Translations under genes and position numbers: made by a program
Notes under the pieces: generated by a model
Seen by the model: the letters and a program-made list of their open reading frames with translations, nothing else
Database searches by the model: none
Told to the model about the DNA's origin: nothing
NCBI RefSeq assembly: GCF_001194135.2
Contig: NC_068988.1
Location: 3,495,245 to 3,559,244, forward strand
DNA from: Octopus bimaculoides
Taxonomy: Eukaryota
Length of the DNA stretch: 64,000 nucleotides
Direction: 5' to 3'
Shown: one piece after another, positions 14,262-26,706 of the stretch
Position numbering within the stretch: position 1 is the first letter of the stretch
Layout: every line of letters starts with the position of its first letter

Positions 14262-14599
14262 CATTCATGAAAAAAGTGAGTTTGAGTAGGGTTACACCCT
14301 TACCTAAAAAAAAGACAAGGTTAAAGAGAAACATCAATGATAATTCAAAACGAAGAAGGCTCAGATGAAGAAAAGACAGTCCAGAGTTGGGAACTGTGGA
14401 GAAAGGTTGTTAATGATTCATGATGGACAGCATTAAATAAATAATGAAAAATATATTCCATTGCTGTTTTTACACTAGATCAGCAGCCTAATAATTCAAC
14501 TCACTTGGATCTTATTTTGCAGCTTCCATTTCTAAGCAGTGCCACCAAAAATCTACAATAGCCTACAACAGGTCTTTTATATAAATTAAAACACCGCCG

Positions 14600-14925
14600 C
14601 CACCTTCACACAGCTCACCTTGTCCATCTGCAGTACATGGCCATACCAACGCAAACGTCTCTCTTGCACACCACATCCGATGCTTCTTATGTCTAACATT
14701 TCTCTCAGCCTGCAGTTGCTGTACCAGGAATAGAGCATCAGTGGTGCTTCTACCTGGCACGAAATCTAACCACATCTCATCTAAGCAGACTCTCTCCCTA
14801 ATTAGTTATGCTATGATCCTCTCCGTGACCTTCATCGCCTGATCAAGCAGTTTGATACCTCTGCAGTTATTTCTATCTAGAGCATCACCTTTACCTTTGT
14901 AGCAGTTGTTAAAGTTAAATGAATA
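14600..14925 (-). mobile_element. RTE LINE fragment with an internal deletion (RT N-terminus joined to C-terminal domain)
   Basis: CYKGKGDALDRNNCRGIKLLDQAMKVTERIIA*LIRERVCLDEMWLDFVPGRSTTDALFLVQQLQ is joined at ~14705 to EMLDIRSIGCGVQERRLRWYGHVLQMDKVSCVK in another frame. Confidence 0.88.
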
Positions 14926-17099
14926 TAAAAAGTAAATACAAGAGTATGTATGTGTTTATATATTCTTATCTCTTCTTACCAAGTTCCATTATCGTTTTAC
15001 ATATTTCCCAGCATTCCTTTTAATTTTTCTCTTCAAGTTGATTATTACTTGTTATTTAACCCTGATTTCCCTTTATTAGTTCTCCCCGCACCTCTCTTAC
15101 TCCTTTATTCTTTACTCTTCTATTTATTTATCCCTACTCTCACTACACCCCAACACAAAGTAAACAATTCATCTTCCTTGAACAATGTGTCCAACCCAAA
15201 ACATTAAACCTTCTCTCCTACTTCACAGTATAAAACATTCATTTCTCTCAGATTATTTTACCATTAGAAACCATTCCTCATTATCTCAGATTCTCATTTC
15301 ATATTGAAATGTGTTTGGACCTCTGTGTGTTTGTGTGCTTGTGTGTGTATGTGTTTGTGTGTGGTTGTGTGCATGTGTATATGTGTGCACGTGTACATGT
15401 GTGTGAACAGAGACTCAAATAACCATGTTACCATTATAATTATCACATTCTAACTAAATTTACTATTGTATGTGTTGTGTGTGTGTATTATCGCATGTCA
15501 GTTGATATGTGTTAATTGTTGTTAATGTTTTTAGCTGGTGTCAGCAATTTTACTGAAACTAAATCGTGTTTTATTCCTATAAAATGTGATTAAACTGAAA
15601 TGCAGTGACTTAAATGTCTTAAATCGATGTTAGTTTATGCCTTAAAGCTAGAATTTATTCTGATATTTCCATATTAAACTGTTAAAGTTTGTTTCTTTTG
15701 TAACAGCTTAGTCCATCCACTTGGCACTCTGTGGTGAATGAACATTGCCAGACTGTTTCTGTCATTGATATTATTTACAACATTCCTGTTGCCGTTCTCA
15801 GAGTTGTTAAGTTTTTGTTTTAATTTCTAGATTGTTTTGCATATAAACTGCTTGCAGAACTAAAGAAAACAGAACATAGAAACAGTTCCTACTGATATAA
15901 AACAATTGAAGACCATCTGCTTTATATTATCTGTTGGTATTAATTACTGGTATTAATTACTGTACAAACCAATCATAAAAAGTATTAGGACTCTAAAGTA
16001 TTTTATGACACTGAGCTATCTTTATAGTTCTGATTTATTTTCTATTTTTCTAGATTTATACTTTTTATTCTTAACTTGTTTTACATATCTAGAATATGGT
16101 TTTACATGGAATTTTGAAGAGAAGAGAATATGGTGGTAGTTAGTTCCATAACAGAATTACAGAACAAAGCTGCTTCAAAATGATATTTTAGAAGTATTTA
16201 AAGGAACAGCAAATAACATTTCAATAATAAATTTTAAAAATTCTGTTTCAAGAATACTCTGAATGATAGATAAAAATGGTAATTCCTTTTTTCATGTAGA
16301 AAATATGTTCATAAAGCTTTCAGTTTTTAAAAATAAAAACTCCTCTGAACAATGGCTTTAAAGATTGTTTTGAGAAAAGCTGTCTTTGAAATGATTTTGT
16401 ATTCATGATTCCTAAGTTTGTTCACCTAGAAAATGTTATTATATAAAGGCATATCCTTAAATATCAGTGAAACAGGTGGCAAATTTCTACATCATATATT
16501 TTAACATTTATATCTATGCACAACCTTGCCACTTTCTTTCTTTCTCTTTCAGTTATGCACACACACACGCACACACACACGCACACACACACGCACACAC
16601 ACACGCACACACACACATTTGTTCTATGTGAGATTCAACCGCAATAAAAAAGTAGGTTCTGCAATTTTTGTAATTCAATTTCATTTTTATAATATTGTCA
16701 ACATCTTAGTTATTATTGCATATCTACATCAAATCTTTTGATATTGCCCAAATCATATAAAAAAAAAACAAAAATACAAGGTATTTCAGAATCTGGAATT
16801 TTTTGACTGTGAGATTCAAACACAATTTGAAAGACTGAAATAGTGTCACCACAATTTGCAGAAAATTCCTGACAAGATTCATGACATGCTGTTAAGAATA
16901 CTAATTCATTGCTATTATGTATAGTTGTCTAAAAACCCATGTGTCAGGAAAAACAGACAGCCATATATTGGTTAATAGAGTTGGTATATAAATAATACAA
17001 TACAACACACCCATGCCATACCATTCCTTTCAAGTATGAAACCAATTGGTAAATTAGCTGTCATCAGACTATAATACTTCCACCGCTACCGCTGCCGCC

Positions 17100-17790
17100 A
17101 TCATCATCATCAGTTAACACCCTTGTTACAGGCTGACATGGAATCGATGGTTTGATGGCATCTGACTGGTTCAAGGACTGCATCTTGCTCCAATGTCCTG
17201 CTTTTGTATAGGTCCTACAGCTGGGATGCCTTTTCTGTCACCAACCACTTTATGTCACAGACTGGGTGCTTTTTGTGTGCCACCAGTACTAGTGAGGACG
17301 TCACCACGCCACTTGCAAGACTAGGAAACCTATGAGAGAGGATGAACAGTTAAAGTACGAGAGAAGAGACCAGAGCAGAACAGATTTCTTGCTGTGGAGG
17401 GGCTGCATGGGTGGGGGTGGTGAACAGGTGGAGGAGGGATGAGGCAAAAATGGTGCAATGAAATGTCTGTGCAAATAAGGAATGAAGTAGATAGAAGTGA
17501 ATGGTGGCAAAAGAATTGGTGGTGAGGTGGGTAACAGTTGTAGAAGTGTTTTGGAGAGTGAGAGATGAGGAATGGGTGGAGGTGTTGAACATAATGAATG
17601 AAGAACAAATGCTGAGTATAAGAAAGGGAAGAGTAGGTGACAACTGTAAAGATTGGATAGGGTTGAAAGGTGAGTATAGTGAATGGTGGGAAAAGGTAGG
17701 GAAATCAATGCTGATACAGTGGACAAGGGAAAGGAGAGAGAACATGGGGGAGTGAGAGAACATGAGAGAGAGAGTATGAAAGAGGGAGGA
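17100..17790 (-). mobile_element. Second copy of the pyrimidine-body / RTE-tail element
   Basis: Same order as 8045-9000: (cat)n, tail, ttgcaagac, acagatttcttgctgtggaggggctgcatgg, purine-rich tract. Confidence 0.55.
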
Positions 17791-18554
17791 TAAGAGAAAG
17801 AGATTTTAAATGTTTTACACATACCCACATATATAGAAATATATACTTGCATATATATGCACATATACTCACACTTACATAATCTTTTATTGCAATTATA
17901 TGAACTTATGAGAACACCATTACCAGTAGTTTGATGCAGATCCTATCCCTGAGCTACAACCATTAAATGTACCTGGTCAGATCTATTATTCAGCCAAATT
18001 AAAATGTTCTTGTGTTTTGGAAATGCAGTAATTTAGGTTTATTTAAAAACAAAGAAGGAAAACAATATCTTCTATAAATAATTATCACTTGAAGAATAAT
18101 GCAGATTTGGCCAAGACATGTCTCATGGCCATTGCTCTGAGAAGCTGAGAGAATCTGTCAGCAGGATTGTTTTCATAAGAAGTTTATATAACATTTAATT
18201 CTCCTTCGTTGTCTGTTCATCATTCATTAGGTGTCGTTCCATTTCATTACAAATTGGAGCATCAAACTTTTAAATTCAAAACAATAAATCTAGAGTTCTT
18301 ATTCTAAGAATTCAATTGTAAGGCAAATAATTCAAGCTGTGCTTCTCTTTCAATGTCTAATGAAGAATTATTTTTAACAATCAAATGGTGTCAGTAAAAA
18401 CAGTGGTAAGAGAGCAGTGAAAAGTTGTTCTTGTTATCAATGAAAGTCTTTGCTGTATCAACATCTGGCCATAGTCATTTAGGAAGTCAATTTCATTAAT
18501 TAATCTGGTTAAAAGAACTAATATTTGTATATTCTTCTTAATATTATCATCATC

Positions 18555-18730
18555 ACTTAACGTCCATCTTCCATGCTGGCATGGGTTGGATGGTTTGACA
18601 GGAGCTGACAAGCTGGAGAGCTGCACCAGGCTCCATCGTCTGCTTTCACATGGTTTCTATGGCAATATACCTTTCCTAACACCAACCATTGTATAGAGTG
18701 GACTAGGTGCTTTCTGTGGGACTGACACCA
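18555..18730 (-). mobile_element. RTE-type 3' tail (truncated LINE or SINE)
   Basis: ttaacgtccatcttccatgctggcatgggttggatgg.. preceded by (cat)n; reverse complement of the tail at 42170-42330. Confidence 0.8.
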
Positions 18731-18774
18731 GCAGGATTCCATTTTCTTAAGATTAAATTTTTATGTGTTCCAAA

Positions 18775-19620
18775 TCTATTTGCATTCATGATGCCAACCA
18801 CACCCTAAACCTCATCAATACTTTCTAATTCCACCTGGATCTTTCAAACTTATTTGTAATATCTGCATGAATTCCTCATATGTAGTCATCATAATAGCCT
18901 AAAAGCTTTAAAATATTTCCTGCCACTCTGCCCCTTTCTTCTCCTTAATGTTACTGCCATCCGCATTTAGCTGAACTTGAACTCACACAATTATTTAAAC
19001 TTCTACAATGAGTTATTCAACCAGCTAAGAAAGCAATAAGATTGGACCCCAACTATACTCATGCCACTGTAGAGTTTATTGAGGCCCAAATGTTTGCCCC
19101 AAAGCTGTACGGTCGCTATATTAATAATGGCATTGATTCCACTTCTCTCCCCAGAGATAAACTAAGTTACTTCATCTCCAGAAGCAGTATTTTTCTCCTT
19201 TTACCAAAATTCTCTTTTACACTCTCTGACATAATCGATGTCCTCTGTTCTTCTGGACAACATCCACTTTTCTAACTTTGTATACACTAAGCCCACCAAT
19301 TCCTACCTTTATCTCAACTATTCTTTTTCTTCTTACCCTACGTACACAACATCCCTGTTCTCTTTTCTTAATTCCTTCCTCTCAATCAGCATGAGCTTAC
19401 CTAATATACACAGGTATGATAGAATGCCATTTCAGCAATTGCTTCTGCAAACATCTTCAGAGCAAGCTTCTCTACACACAGGACAGAACTCTGGCCCAAC
19501 ACTTCTTCTCATCTGGAAACTCTATTGAGTACCTCTAATTGTCTCGAGTTTCTAATTAACTTGGTCTGCTACATTCCCACAAATATAAAGACAAGTGTCT
19601 TATATTCTTTCTTGGCACTA
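18775..19620 (+). mobile_element. Penelope-like element RT remnant
   Basis: Fragments IHDANHTLNLIN (~18785), GPNYTH (~19042), KLYGRYINN and FVYTKPTNSYLYLNYS..YP (~19275-19340) match PLE RT motifs (GPNYANL, RYIDD, YTKPTxSHxYLxYxSSHP). Many stops and frameshifts. Confidence 0.7.
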
Positions 19621-19956
19621 CCTCACCCAGAGATCTTAATGAACAAATTTCTTTTCCATTAAAACAATTGTCTAACAATTGCAGTGTGAGAATTTTGTCA
19701 GTGAACAGGTCGCAGTCTCAAAGCAACGAAAATATTTTGACAAATTATATTTAAATGTGGAAGTGAATCTAACGGTTTTTGCGTGTTATTTTAAATGGCT
19801 TATAAACACCTTCCATGCTGCAATTGTTTTCGTTCCAGCATACGATCTCAGATCAGGTCACTTGCTATGCAAGTACATCTCCGCAATTGTCTAAATAAAT
19901 GTATAAAAGTGGAGCTTTCATCCTGTCTTAATTTGGCCACTGATCCAATATCAACA

Positions 19957-19957
<1 letters not shown>

Positions 19958-20004
<47 letters not shown>

Positions 20005-20141
20005 NNNNNNNNNNNNNNNNNNNNNNNNNNNNNNNNNNNNNNNNNNNNNNNNNNNNNNNNNNNNNNNNNNNNNNNNNNNNNNNNNNNNNNNNNNNNNTCT
20101 CTCTCTCTCTCTCTCTCTCTCCTCTCCTCTCCTCCTCCTCC
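19958..20141. repeat. (CT)n microsatellite spanning an N gap
   Basis: Direct reading. Confidence 0.9.
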
Positions 20142-20187
20142 TATGTATAACAATGCAACCTTATTGCTTGATTAATAATTTTGACTC

Positions 20188-20640
20188 TAATAATCCTTTC
20201 TACTATAGGCCAAAGCCTGCTATTTTGAGGGAGAGGACTAGTCAAGTATATCGACCCTAGAGCTCAACTGGCACTTAGTTCATTGGCCCTGAAAGAATGG
20301 ATGCAAAGCCAACCTCAGTCTAATTTGAACTCAGAACGTAAAGATAAACAAACTGTTGCTAAGCATTTTACTGGGCATGCTAACGATTTTGTCACTTCTC
20401 TGCTTTCTTTATAACTTTAATAATAGAAATTATTTCTAACAACAGTTCAAGATTTAAAATGTTATGGAAGAATGACAGTGATTATATTGACCCCAATACA
20501 TGACTGATATTTTATTAGATTGACTCTAAAAAAACAACAAGCTAAGTTGATCCTCATGGAACTGAACTCAGAACTTACAAAACAAGAACAGTTATTGCAA
20601 GGCATGTTTTACTAATATTTCAATGACTGGCAATCCACTC
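20188..20640 (-). mobile_element. Two adjacent SINEs of the 'gaatttgaactcagaacgtaaag' family
   Basis: Both carry ..gacccta/gacccca..actg..ttt..gaactcagaac..aac..ttg..aagcat. Homologous to 44437-44635 and 45085-45195. Confidence 0.7.
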
Positions 20641-22879
20641 TCTACTTATTGACAAGGGAACCACTAAACTGATGGAGAGTTTTACAGGAGGAAGCATCAA
20701 AAACTATATCAGAATTTAAGGATGCCATCAACCCACAAAATAGCAGTCAGGTTAGTATCATCACACTTTATGTAATGAAGAAAACAAATCTAATTAATTA
20801 ATAATATTTATGTGATGAGGAAAAGAAAATAATTTATTGAATGTTTTAAATTAATTTTAAACTAATTAGTTCTTGATAAGTATGGATGACAACTACTGCA
20901 GAGTCAACCATGATTTTCCTTCTCTGTGTAAATGGCAGGCCTTGTAAAAATTGCACTGCATCCTAATAATGAGACAAAAAATAGTCAGTATGGATGGTCG
21001 TGGTGAAATAGGAGAAGGTTGACATGTAGAATTCTGAGTCTAGGAATTTACAATTCTCCAGTTACTACCTAATAAAGATGGCTAATCATCATATCTAAGA
21101 CAAGATATGTGTCTTTGTAATTCCTCGAAGCATCTGAATATTACTGCTAAACAATTATTGAAGATGGTAAGTCGATAGACATATTTCCTAATTATTGGTA
21201 TGCCACATCTTACAGTAGAAAGTGAGTTCTTCATCACCACTATCTTCTTCAATCCTTTATGTTAACATCTTATACCTTTGTTGACTGTAGCTTTTTTTTT
21301 TTTTGGCTTTTTTTTTTTTTAATTTGGGTCTTCAGTGTTCAGTATAGTTCTGAATGTCTATTTGACAATGACTATTTGGTATAAGTTTGTATGTACAGAG
21401 AATAATACAGAAAACGAGATCTCTGAGGAAGATTATGATAAACAAGTGGCAGATGATCAGTGTAAAATGTTCCTGCTGTTTAAATATTTGTTAAAATGAA
21501 AACACTTGTGATATTCAATAGTTTTAAGTGTTTTCTTTTTGTTTACTTTTTTACTGCTATAGGCTGTGGAAAATTAAACTACTGAAATTTTAATCTCTTT
21601 CAGTTACTTGTAAAATACCTCTGCAGAAATTAATTTGGAAAGAAAGCCATCATAACACAGTAAAGAATTCATCTAAATTTATTATCTTTGGGTTATGGCT
21701 GAAATCTATGAGATTGATTGGAGAATAGCTGAGGTCAAACTAATCAACCTTTTATAGTTTGGAATTAAGTTTCACTATTCATAGAATCAATGATGTTTTG
21801 ATTAAATGTAAATTGCCCCAAGGGACACAACAAACCTATTATCTTAAAAGATGTAGTATGAGTAAGTTCTTTGACAACTAGAACACTTTTATGCTGAAGA
21901 TTACAACAGACTAGAGTTAATTCTGTTATGTTCACATTATATATATAATTTTATAATCTGTCTCCCATGACTAAAAAAGACATAATCTTCTGTCATTAGG
22001 TAATCATGTCACTCAATTTAGCTTGACTTTAGACACTTATTTCTCGAATTAATTTTAAAAAACAGACTCATGACTCAGTATTGATCATGCTAATATTTAT
22101 CAGCTTCAGTGATTTACCAATAACTTTTTTTCTTTTCCTTTTTCTTTTTCTTTTAATGGCAACAAACACCCAATGATATCAGCTAAAGATTGCACTTTTA
22201 AGTGCTTGCTAGAAATAGAGGCCAACTCTTTTCAAGCCACATTCTACAGTTTTCAAAAAACAATGTATATGCAACCAGGACACATCATGTTTTAAACAAA
22301 GCCTGGACAATCACAGCTTGAATGTTTTTTTATCACACATCTGCTCAACTAAGCCTGACCTGAAGCTAAAAAACAATAACAACAAAAAGCCAAATATTGT
22401 TCAGAAACAGAAAGGATGATAAATAAATTCTGCAAGAATGGAAAATAAACAGTTTACTTACACTCATTCAATGTTTTAAATCTGGATTTTGTCCCTGTTA
22501 ACGGAGGTGGTTGGATCTACCTCAATTTCATAGCAACTGCTCGCACACCATTTTGCCCAGTTTTGGGTGTCCTCCTTTTTCAAACCAAACCTCCTAATCT
22601 CCTCCTCCACCTCGCCCCTCTACCTTTACCTCAGTCTACCTTGCTTTCATGCTCCATTTACCTCAAATGCAATCACCCTCCTCTGAACATGCTCTTCATC
22701 CCTCCTCAATACATGCCCATACCACCTCACTCCATTCACCCGTCCACTGATTTACTAAAACTATTACAAATATTTTTTTCTTTCTAATTCTAAAAGTTAC
22801 TCCAAGACATAAGCCTTTGGCTGAAAGCTTTGGAATTGCCCAAACATCAGACTCCCTCTCTCACCATTGCTATTAAGAC

Positions 22880-23340
22880 CACTGAATGACTCACAGGAAA
22901 AACCCTTCAAATGAGGGCATGTAGTAGAGAGGGAGGGGCTTTATACCAAGTGTTGAGGGACAGAAACAGTTGCTTTGCTGTAGAAGAGATACATGGCTAG
23001 TACAGATGGAAGAATAGTGGTGATGATGTTTCAGGGTATATCCGTAAAATACTAAAAGAGGAATATAAGAGAGAAGTGCACCAAAAGATCAGAAAGGGTG
23101 AATGGATAAATAAGTTTGCAAGAGTGAGCAAGAAGAATGGCTGATGGAGAGAAATGATGAGAAAAGTGAATGCTAGGAATGGTAAACATGGATGGACGAG
23201 TGGTATTGGTGAATATTAGTGTTGGTGGAAAGAAAATGGAGAAAATAAGAGCGGATCAGGGAGGTAATGGATGATGTGAAGTGAGACAATATGTGGATGG
23301 GTGGACGGAGGCACAGTGCCAGGAACAAGGTTTGAGAGAC
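22880..23340 (-). mobile_element. Partial third copy of the pyrimidine-body element
   Basis: tttataccaagtgttgag..acagttgctttgctgtagaagagatacatgg matches 8340-8410 and is followed by a purine-rich tract. Confidence 0.45.
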
Positions 23341-25308
23341 ATAAATAAAGCTGCAACAGCCACAGGTAAAAATCTTTGGTTATAGATCTTGGTGCTCAAT
23401 AGTAGCAACAATATTTTCTGCATAACTATGAGCTATCCCTACTCAACAAATCAACAATAATCAGAATCAAACATACTCAAAATGATGTGAAAATATACCA
23501 AAACTGAAACTTAGGTGATACTTCTGAGAACTTGGCATATATTTCTTCAATGTTTCAGCCTGCAGCAACATTAAACATGTAAATACTGAATATTTCAAAT
23601 TTTGTGGTATGTCTGCTCTTTGGTAATTTCTACAAGAGTGTTAATAGCTAACAATGCTCTGTAGATACTTGTCCATGTAAATCGACAGCTGCTTCTGGTT
23701 CTTTCTATGTTTTAGGAAATTTTTCTGGTTTCTCAAAATGATGGGAAGTGAAGTGTTGAAGTGACCAATATACCTTTCTCAGACCATGATTGAAAATCTT
23801 GTAAAAAGCTTTTCTCTGCACAGATGTATTATTTGAATTATCTCATTGATGAGTGGCCAGTGTAAGTTGCGTACATGCAAATGAAATTTTACCTAACACA
23901 AACTAGCATTACAAACAGGCGAGAGAAACTACAGCTTCTTGTCCAATAACAGAAATGTAATTGCTGTTTGCAAATATATTACTGCAAAATATACATGGTT
24001 GAATATAACTCTACAATCTTGCCATTGTACTGTTGGGAATTTCATCAGCAGTGTTGTAGCCAGCTGAATAAAAGCTCAAAAACTATCAACTGCACTTAAC
24101 ATTCTCATATGTCAGTTATGCAAAGTGACAATTAGTTTTGCTTTTCTTTTTTCTTTTCAAACACAGAAAAAAGATAATAATACGTGGGTCTAAAAGATGG
24201 AAACTATCATCCGGATTGTGACAAACCAATAAAGAAAAGTTATTTTCTAAATTGATGGATGGACTTCAAAGAATGCCACCATTTCTTTATTTCAATAGCA
24301 AAACACATCTATTCAATATCTAAAAGTTATTTCAGTGATATTTTGAACAGTTTTGTTTCGTTTTGCCTTATAACATTTTATCAAAATATTTCAACTTATA
24401 TTTTACTTCCCAATTTCAATATTTCATTTTGCTTATCTTTTGTTTTCCTTTTTGAAAAACCTTCTGTCGAGTGCTTCTTGGATTCAAAGAATCATTTTAT
24501 GTAGAGTATGATTGGTTATAGACAAACATCACAGAAGAATTTTATTTTACAAAAGCTGGAGGAATTGAACTAAAAACAAATCCTATAATAGTTGTTCTTT
24601 AAATTTCTTGAGTGAAATTTCAATTTTTACCTTTCTTTGTAATAAATTAATCTGAAGATGAAGTGTGAATTCCTTTGGAGAATAAATAATTCAGTTGTTC
24701 TAATATTTATCTGGAATCACTTGATTCAAGAGTAAAAACTTCAATAATCAGATATAATGTTTGCTTTGGTTTGCTCTGCTGCATTCTTCAGGTTTGCCAC
24801 AATTACAAAAAAATTCTATTACACCAAATTCAATGCTGGTTTCTATCGTCAAAAACTAAAAAAGATCATATTAAAAAAATTTCACGTCTTTAAATCAATT
24901 GAGCTTTTTCTTTTCTGTTTTCTTTCTGCACAGAACCAGCATGTTTCATAGTTTTACAATTTACATTCATCTTTAAATTGGTGCAGTGTCATTTGTAGCA
25001 CCAAAATTGTCTTTTTAAGACTTTATGACATGAAGAAACAAGTGGAATCACAACATCTTAGATTTGACCTTAATTCTTTTCATGTTAATAAGCTGCTTCT
25101 TTTCTCATTACATAACATAAAATCTTTGAGGACCACCTCAAACGTGTGATAATCGTTGAGTGTGAGCTGTTTGATAGGAATCACTGATTCAACATATTTA
25201 AACACAATTTAATTTGTAGATCAAAATCAGTCCCTATCACTTGTAGATTTTCCTGTATTTGGAAGAGAGGTGAACATGGCTGCATTCATCAAATTCTACC
25301 ATTTAACA

Positions 25309-25607
25309 CAGTTGTTTTCAAGCAGGGTCCATATAAGATTTCTGGGGGTCCACACTAACAAAATAGCAAATTGGGGATCTGCAGTAGTATTTTAAGGGTC
25401 CATAAAAAGTTTTGATTTAAATGTATTTATTGCAAGAAACATCTAGGTTTCTTTCTCAAACATTTTACATAAGCTCAACCTATGTGAATGTGTGAGTAAC
25501 AAAATAGGAATTTGGAAAGAAATATCTATAAAAGTAGTTTTCAAATATCGAATGGCTATGGAGGTCCACCAGATTGAAATGGATAGAAAAATGGCTGAGA
25601 ACCACTG
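25309..25607. mobile_element. hAT-type MITE
   Basis: Termini cagttgttttcaa and ctgagaaccactg; 8-bp flanks atttaaca / attgaacc (6/8). The interior is homologous to 57852-58201. Confidence 0.7.
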
Positions 25608-26519
25608 ATTGAACCTAATGGTGTATATTATGAGCAAATAAACAGAAAATATAGAAATTTCATATCAAATAACTCTTGTGAATTCTGTGTGAAACAAATA
25701 AATACTTAATAAAGCTTTAATCATTTCTACCTGAAACTGAGAACAATCAATTGGTTGCTTCATATGTGATTGTCTTGATGTCACTGCAAATACTTTCACA
25801 TCCTCTCCATTGAGTAAAACAAACCATCTCACTAATGTCCTTACACTGAAGAAGCAACAAAATGGTAAGCACTGATTCCCTCTTCCTCCAATCTAATTAC
25901 CAACCAACCAAGAAGGAATTCTTCTAACTACATTGAATATAACCTTTCTAGGAAATTGGATTCTCTCTAAGGCAAACCATATGTATTAAAGTGCCTTTAA
26001 AGAAACTAATAAGTGTGTTAAGGATCCCATAATCCAGAGTGATGGTACCTAAAAAAGCAACTTGTCTAAATTGAAAATTATACAAGGTGAAAATGGGCCT
26101 TAGTCCTATAAGACAATCTCTCTAGTTGTGTTGGTATGGAATGAAAATACCAATCCATTCTGGTTGGGGGCTGAATAAGTTAATAAAGAAAGTTCTATGA
26201 GGTTGCCTGCTAGAAGCAATTGCCAAACATTTCTCAAATAATAACCTGCCATCTCTAGAAAAGTAGACATACTCTTAAAAAGACAGTGGGGGGAGGGGGT
26301 CATAGCTGGAAAGTCTTTCATCATAGGTTTTGCTCCATCAGGGATGACCATAGAGCTAAACAACAATAACAACTATTGGATGATTGTTGATAACCTATTA
26401 ACTGTGCAACATGGCACATTAACTGTTTTGAAAACTGAAAATTGTAATATTAGAACTCAGCATATTCACACAAACTATAGGCAACATAACAGCATCTAAG
26501 TTCTGTCTATGGCTACCCA

Positions 26520-26706
26520 TGGTTCTATGACATGAATTTTCAGTTTTATTTCTAACTTAAAACTTTCAATCAAAAATCTTATATTCATTTATGTTTCAAA
26601 TACCAGAATAATAATGACAAAATTATTTTGATAAATTCTTCATTATTTTCAAAATTAATTGAAACAAGATAGTGTATTCCAACAAAAGAATGGTAACAAA
26701 AAGTTA
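26520..26706 (-). mobile_element. Second copy of the TTAA-ended AT-rich repeat
   Basis: Aligns in reverse orientation with 5995-6175. Confidence 0.5.

Noticed and set aside
20688-20750. Candidate 63-nt exon EEASKTISEFKDAINPQNSSQ (cag / gttagt)
   Set aside because: No recognisable homology, a second frame is also open, and there is no transcript evidence.
23824-23861. Candidate 38-nt exon with strong splice signals (MYYLNYLIDEWP)
   Set aside because: Too short to judge without spliced reads or homology.
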